From Welwitschia mirabilis (Eukaryota): DNA of 56,510 nucleotides. The stretch's first letter is position 1. Each line of letters opens with the position of its first letter. The DNA is taken from positions 4,157,867 through 4,214,376 of the forward strand of contig JBOZIK010000001.1 in NCBI GenBank assembly GCA_051453625.1. The letters are read 5' to 3'. The translations under genes and the position numbers were made by a program. The notes beneath the pieces were generated by a model. The model was not told the DNA's origin. It searched no databases and was given only the letters and a program-made list of their open reading frames with translations. This document shows positions 53,401 to 56,510 of this stretch, piece after piece.

Positions 53401-53418
53401 TGGCGCCATTGCCGAGGA
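53401..53418 (+). promoter_or_regulatory. tRNA-Asp primer binding site (element C)
   Basis: TGGCGCCATTGCCGAGGA, 16/18 to the complement of the plant tRNA-Asp 3' end used by Athila elements. Confidence 0.9.
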
Positions 53419-53689
53419 AGGCTGCTTGGAGATTTAGAGTTATTATTGCTTCAATGGATATCTAGAAGTTTGCTATAATAGTAGTGTATTAGTATCTTTT
53501 ATAAGTTTTTATTTTAGTTTTAATTTTTTATTGACATCTAATATCCCCTTCATCATCCAGACATCATGGTCGGATGACTCTTCCCTTTCTACTTTCCCTT
53601 GTTCTATGGTTATTTGTATTTTCTCTGTCTATCATCTAGGTTATCGTCTAGACGACTTACAAGATGATACATTCTCAAACAAAAACTGA

Positions 53690-56510
53690 ATGGTTAAAAT
53701 CAGGAAAAAGGAAAAATACCAGAGAGAGAAATAATTCGTTGTAGAAAATATCAGAGAAGGTTTACTAAGTTTTGAATTTGAAAATCAAAACAACCGAGGT
53801 ACGCAAACTTTAAAATTTTCTGAAATTTCTGATTTTAATTTTGCAGAAGAGTCTAATTTTAATTTTAAAAAATCTAATACCACGTCGACCTCTTACCAAA
53901 AATAACCTATCTCGCTGAATCCACCCCTTGTTGTTGGAACCATTACTCCTACTCCTTGTGTGACTCTGAGTGATCTCATAACAAATAAATGAATTAAAAT
54001 TCAAAACCTTTTTTACTTATCTTCTGGTAATGACGTGGAACTGAAAAACTTAAATGCCTTTCGAGGAGAACTTGATGAAGACCCCCTACAACACATTATT
54101 GAAATTGAACAACTCATTCTTACTTCTAAAAATGGTAAAAAGCGCATAACTGATAGAACCTATATGGTCATTTTTCCCATTACATTATGAGATAAGGCTA
54201 AACTTTGGCTTAGAACAATCCCTCATAAGAGCCTAAAATCTTGGAGTCAAGTTCAAGANNNNNNNNNNNNNNNNNNNNNNNNNNNNNNNNNNNNNNNNNN
54301 NNNNNNNNNNNNNNNNNNNNNNNNNNNNNNNNNNNNNNNNNNNNNNNNNNNNNNNNNNAGAGATCTCATAGTGAATAAAAAACTTAAAATTTAAAACCCT
54401 TTTTACTTACCTTCTGACGACGATGTGGAACTTAAAAACTTAAATGCTTATCCTACCTTTTGAGGAGAACCTAATGAAGACCACCTACAACACATCACTA
54501 AAATTGAACAACTCATTCTCACTTTCAGAAATAGTAAAAAGCGAATAACTGATAAAACATACATGGTCATTTTTCCCCTAATATTACAAGATAAGGATAA
54601 ACTTTGGCTTAGAACAATCCCTCATAATAGCCTAAAATCTTGGAGTTAAGTTCAAGAATCCTTTATTAAAAGATTTATGAATGAAACCTCCATCCAGAAA
54701 CGTAAGAAAGAAGTCACAAACTTCCAATAATTGCCTAATGAAGATTGTGCCTCTGCTTACGAGAGATTCTTTATGGCGTTGCACTCAAACCCTGTAGATG
54801 CCTTTTCTAAAGTAGAATTAATAGACTATTTCTATAGTGGGTTAAACAGTCATACCAAGCAACTTATAGATTTTTCTTATGGAGGCAACCTCCTAAACCA
54901 AACCCTAGAAGATTCTTGAAAGATATTAGAAGATTTAGTGGAAGTAAGTCAAACTTGGCCAAAGCCCTCATTTTGAGAAAATAGAACAGTAGGTCAAATC
55001 ATTAAAGACCTTAACAAAGTCAAACACGAGAGTGTTGCAACCAAAATAGAATATGAACCAACTAGTATCATTATAGATTTTACTTCTACTTTAGAGAAAT
55101 ACATCCAGATAATCCTTGATGCTAAAGTGGCAACTGAGAAAATTCAAATTGTTGTTCCAACTTATGATTTATGTGAGGATAGTTATCACATCACGAAAGA
55201 GTGTACTTTAATTCGTATGTCTAAAGAGAGAATTTATGAAGAAGTTCATGATTTAAACCAAGAACCCTCCAACTATATTTAAAACTATAATCAAAGACAA
55301 ATTTCAAATCATAATTTTCAATATAAGATGAATGAACAACCTGATAATTTTCAAATACATTATCCTAACTCCCAACCATTTCAAAATAGATTTGATTATT
55401 AAAACTTTTAATCCAATCATCCAAATAATTTGGCAAGCCCTTTCAACTCCCAGAACCATAGTAATCCTCTTAAGAATTCTATTGAAGAGTTAAGAAAAAT
55501 CTAAGAGAAGACAAATACAAACATAAAAAATCTAGTAAACATCTTGCAACAAACCATGCTTACCAACCAAAGGCCATAAGAGACCCTTGCCACTCAACCC
55601 TTACTGAACCCTAACAAAGTTTGAAAAGATTATAAGGTGATCATAAAAAGTGAAAATGGCACAACTCTCCCTACTCATAAGGCTTCAACTTCCCAAAANN
55701 NNNNNNNNNNNNNNNNNNNNNNNNNNNNNNNNNNNNNNNNNNNNNNNNNNNNNNNNNNNNNNNNNNNNNNNNNNNNNNNNNNNNNNNNNNNNNNNNNNAC
55801 CATGCTTACCAACCAAAGGCCATAAGAGACCCTTGCCACTCAACCCTTACCGAACCCTAACAAAGTTTGAAAGGATTATAAGGTGATGATAAAAAGTGAA
55901 AATGGCACAACTCTTCCTACTCATAAGGCTTCAACTTCCCAAAATGACAAGGACAATAAGGAAGAGGACATAGAAATCTTAGAAAATCATTACTTTCCTT
56001 CTTCATTTAGCAACAAAAAGAAAAATTCTTCACAAAAGAAACCTACTAATTCATGGATTAATAGGNNNNNNNNNNNNNNNNNNNNNNNNNNNNNNNNNNN
56101 NNNNNNNNNNNNNNNNNNNNNNNNNNNNNNNNNNNNNNNNNNNNNNNNNNNNNNNNNNNNNNNNNATTTAGCAACAAAAAGAAAAATTCTTCACAAAAGA
56201 AACCTACTAATCCATAGATTAATAGGCTTAAAGAAAATCCTATCTTTGATGATCATTTGAAAGAGTTAATGAAAAACGTGAGTATCAACTTACCTTTTTG
56301 GAAACTTTCACAAGAGAACTCCAAATACTCTAAGCTATAAAAAGACCTAATAAGAAGAAAACAAAAATTAACCATCTCTAGTAAAGTCTTCCTAGCTCAA
56401 TCTATTAGCAACTTAGTTTTCAAGAAGTGTCCAAAATTTACATATCCAGGGGTAGCAACTATTAGTGTTACTTTAGAGGGAAACCATAAAATTAAAAAAG
56501 CCTTGATAGA
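53690..56510 (+). pseudogene. Degenerate gag of element C (continues beyond the window towards protease)
   Basis: EDPLQHIIEIEQL…MVIFPITL*DKAKLWLRTIPHKSLKSWSQVQE; ELIDYFYSGLN…SYGGNLL; (C)DLCEDSYHITKEC; KCPKFTYPGVATISV…KKALI at the window end. Segments are duplicated around the gaps. Confidence 0.88.

Noticed and set aside
2581..53999. Short ORFs antisense to TE genes (2581-, 33305+, 34352+, 35458+, 39956-, 50538-, 53810-)
   Set aside because: They are shadow frames opposite recognisable pol, gag or TnpD sequence.
265..56260. Long ORFs in the provided track consisting mostly of X
   Set aside because: They are artefacts of translating through N gaps and carry no coding evidence.

Overview
AT-rich plant nuclear heterochromatin from a gapped draft scaffold. 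It contains no intact host gene, RNA gene or CRISPR array and is almost entirely nested, decayed transposable elements. From left to right: (X) the PPT and 3' LTR of an Athila-type Ty3/gypsy element (152-1605), inserted in (A) a second Athila-like element with decayed pol (~1606-5330) and a long decayed env-like ORF with a coiled-coil-like extension (~7950-10750). Next is (D), a third Athila element (5' LTR ~11591-12600, degenerate tRNA-Asp PBS). Its gag is split at ~14370 and resumes at ~39545 around a ~25 kb minus-strand CACTA (En/Spm) transposon. That transposon carries TnpD (~31560-36035), TnpA (~26630-31320), subterminal repeats at both ends, Tekay/Del-like LTR remnants and an unidentified coding-like segment. 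D pol runs to ~43800 and is followed by a diverged second RNaseH-integrase copy. Then (B) a fourth Athila element (LTR 47011-48244) has its pol cut at 52299 by (C) a fifth, youngest one (LTR 52300-53394, near-intact PBS, gag to the window end). All coding regions are pseudogenised, mostly by C>T/G>A changes. Many N gaps are flanked by duplicated sequence, so some of the architecture may be an assembly artefact. Identifications come from manual translation and motif recognition only, and most boundaries are approximate.
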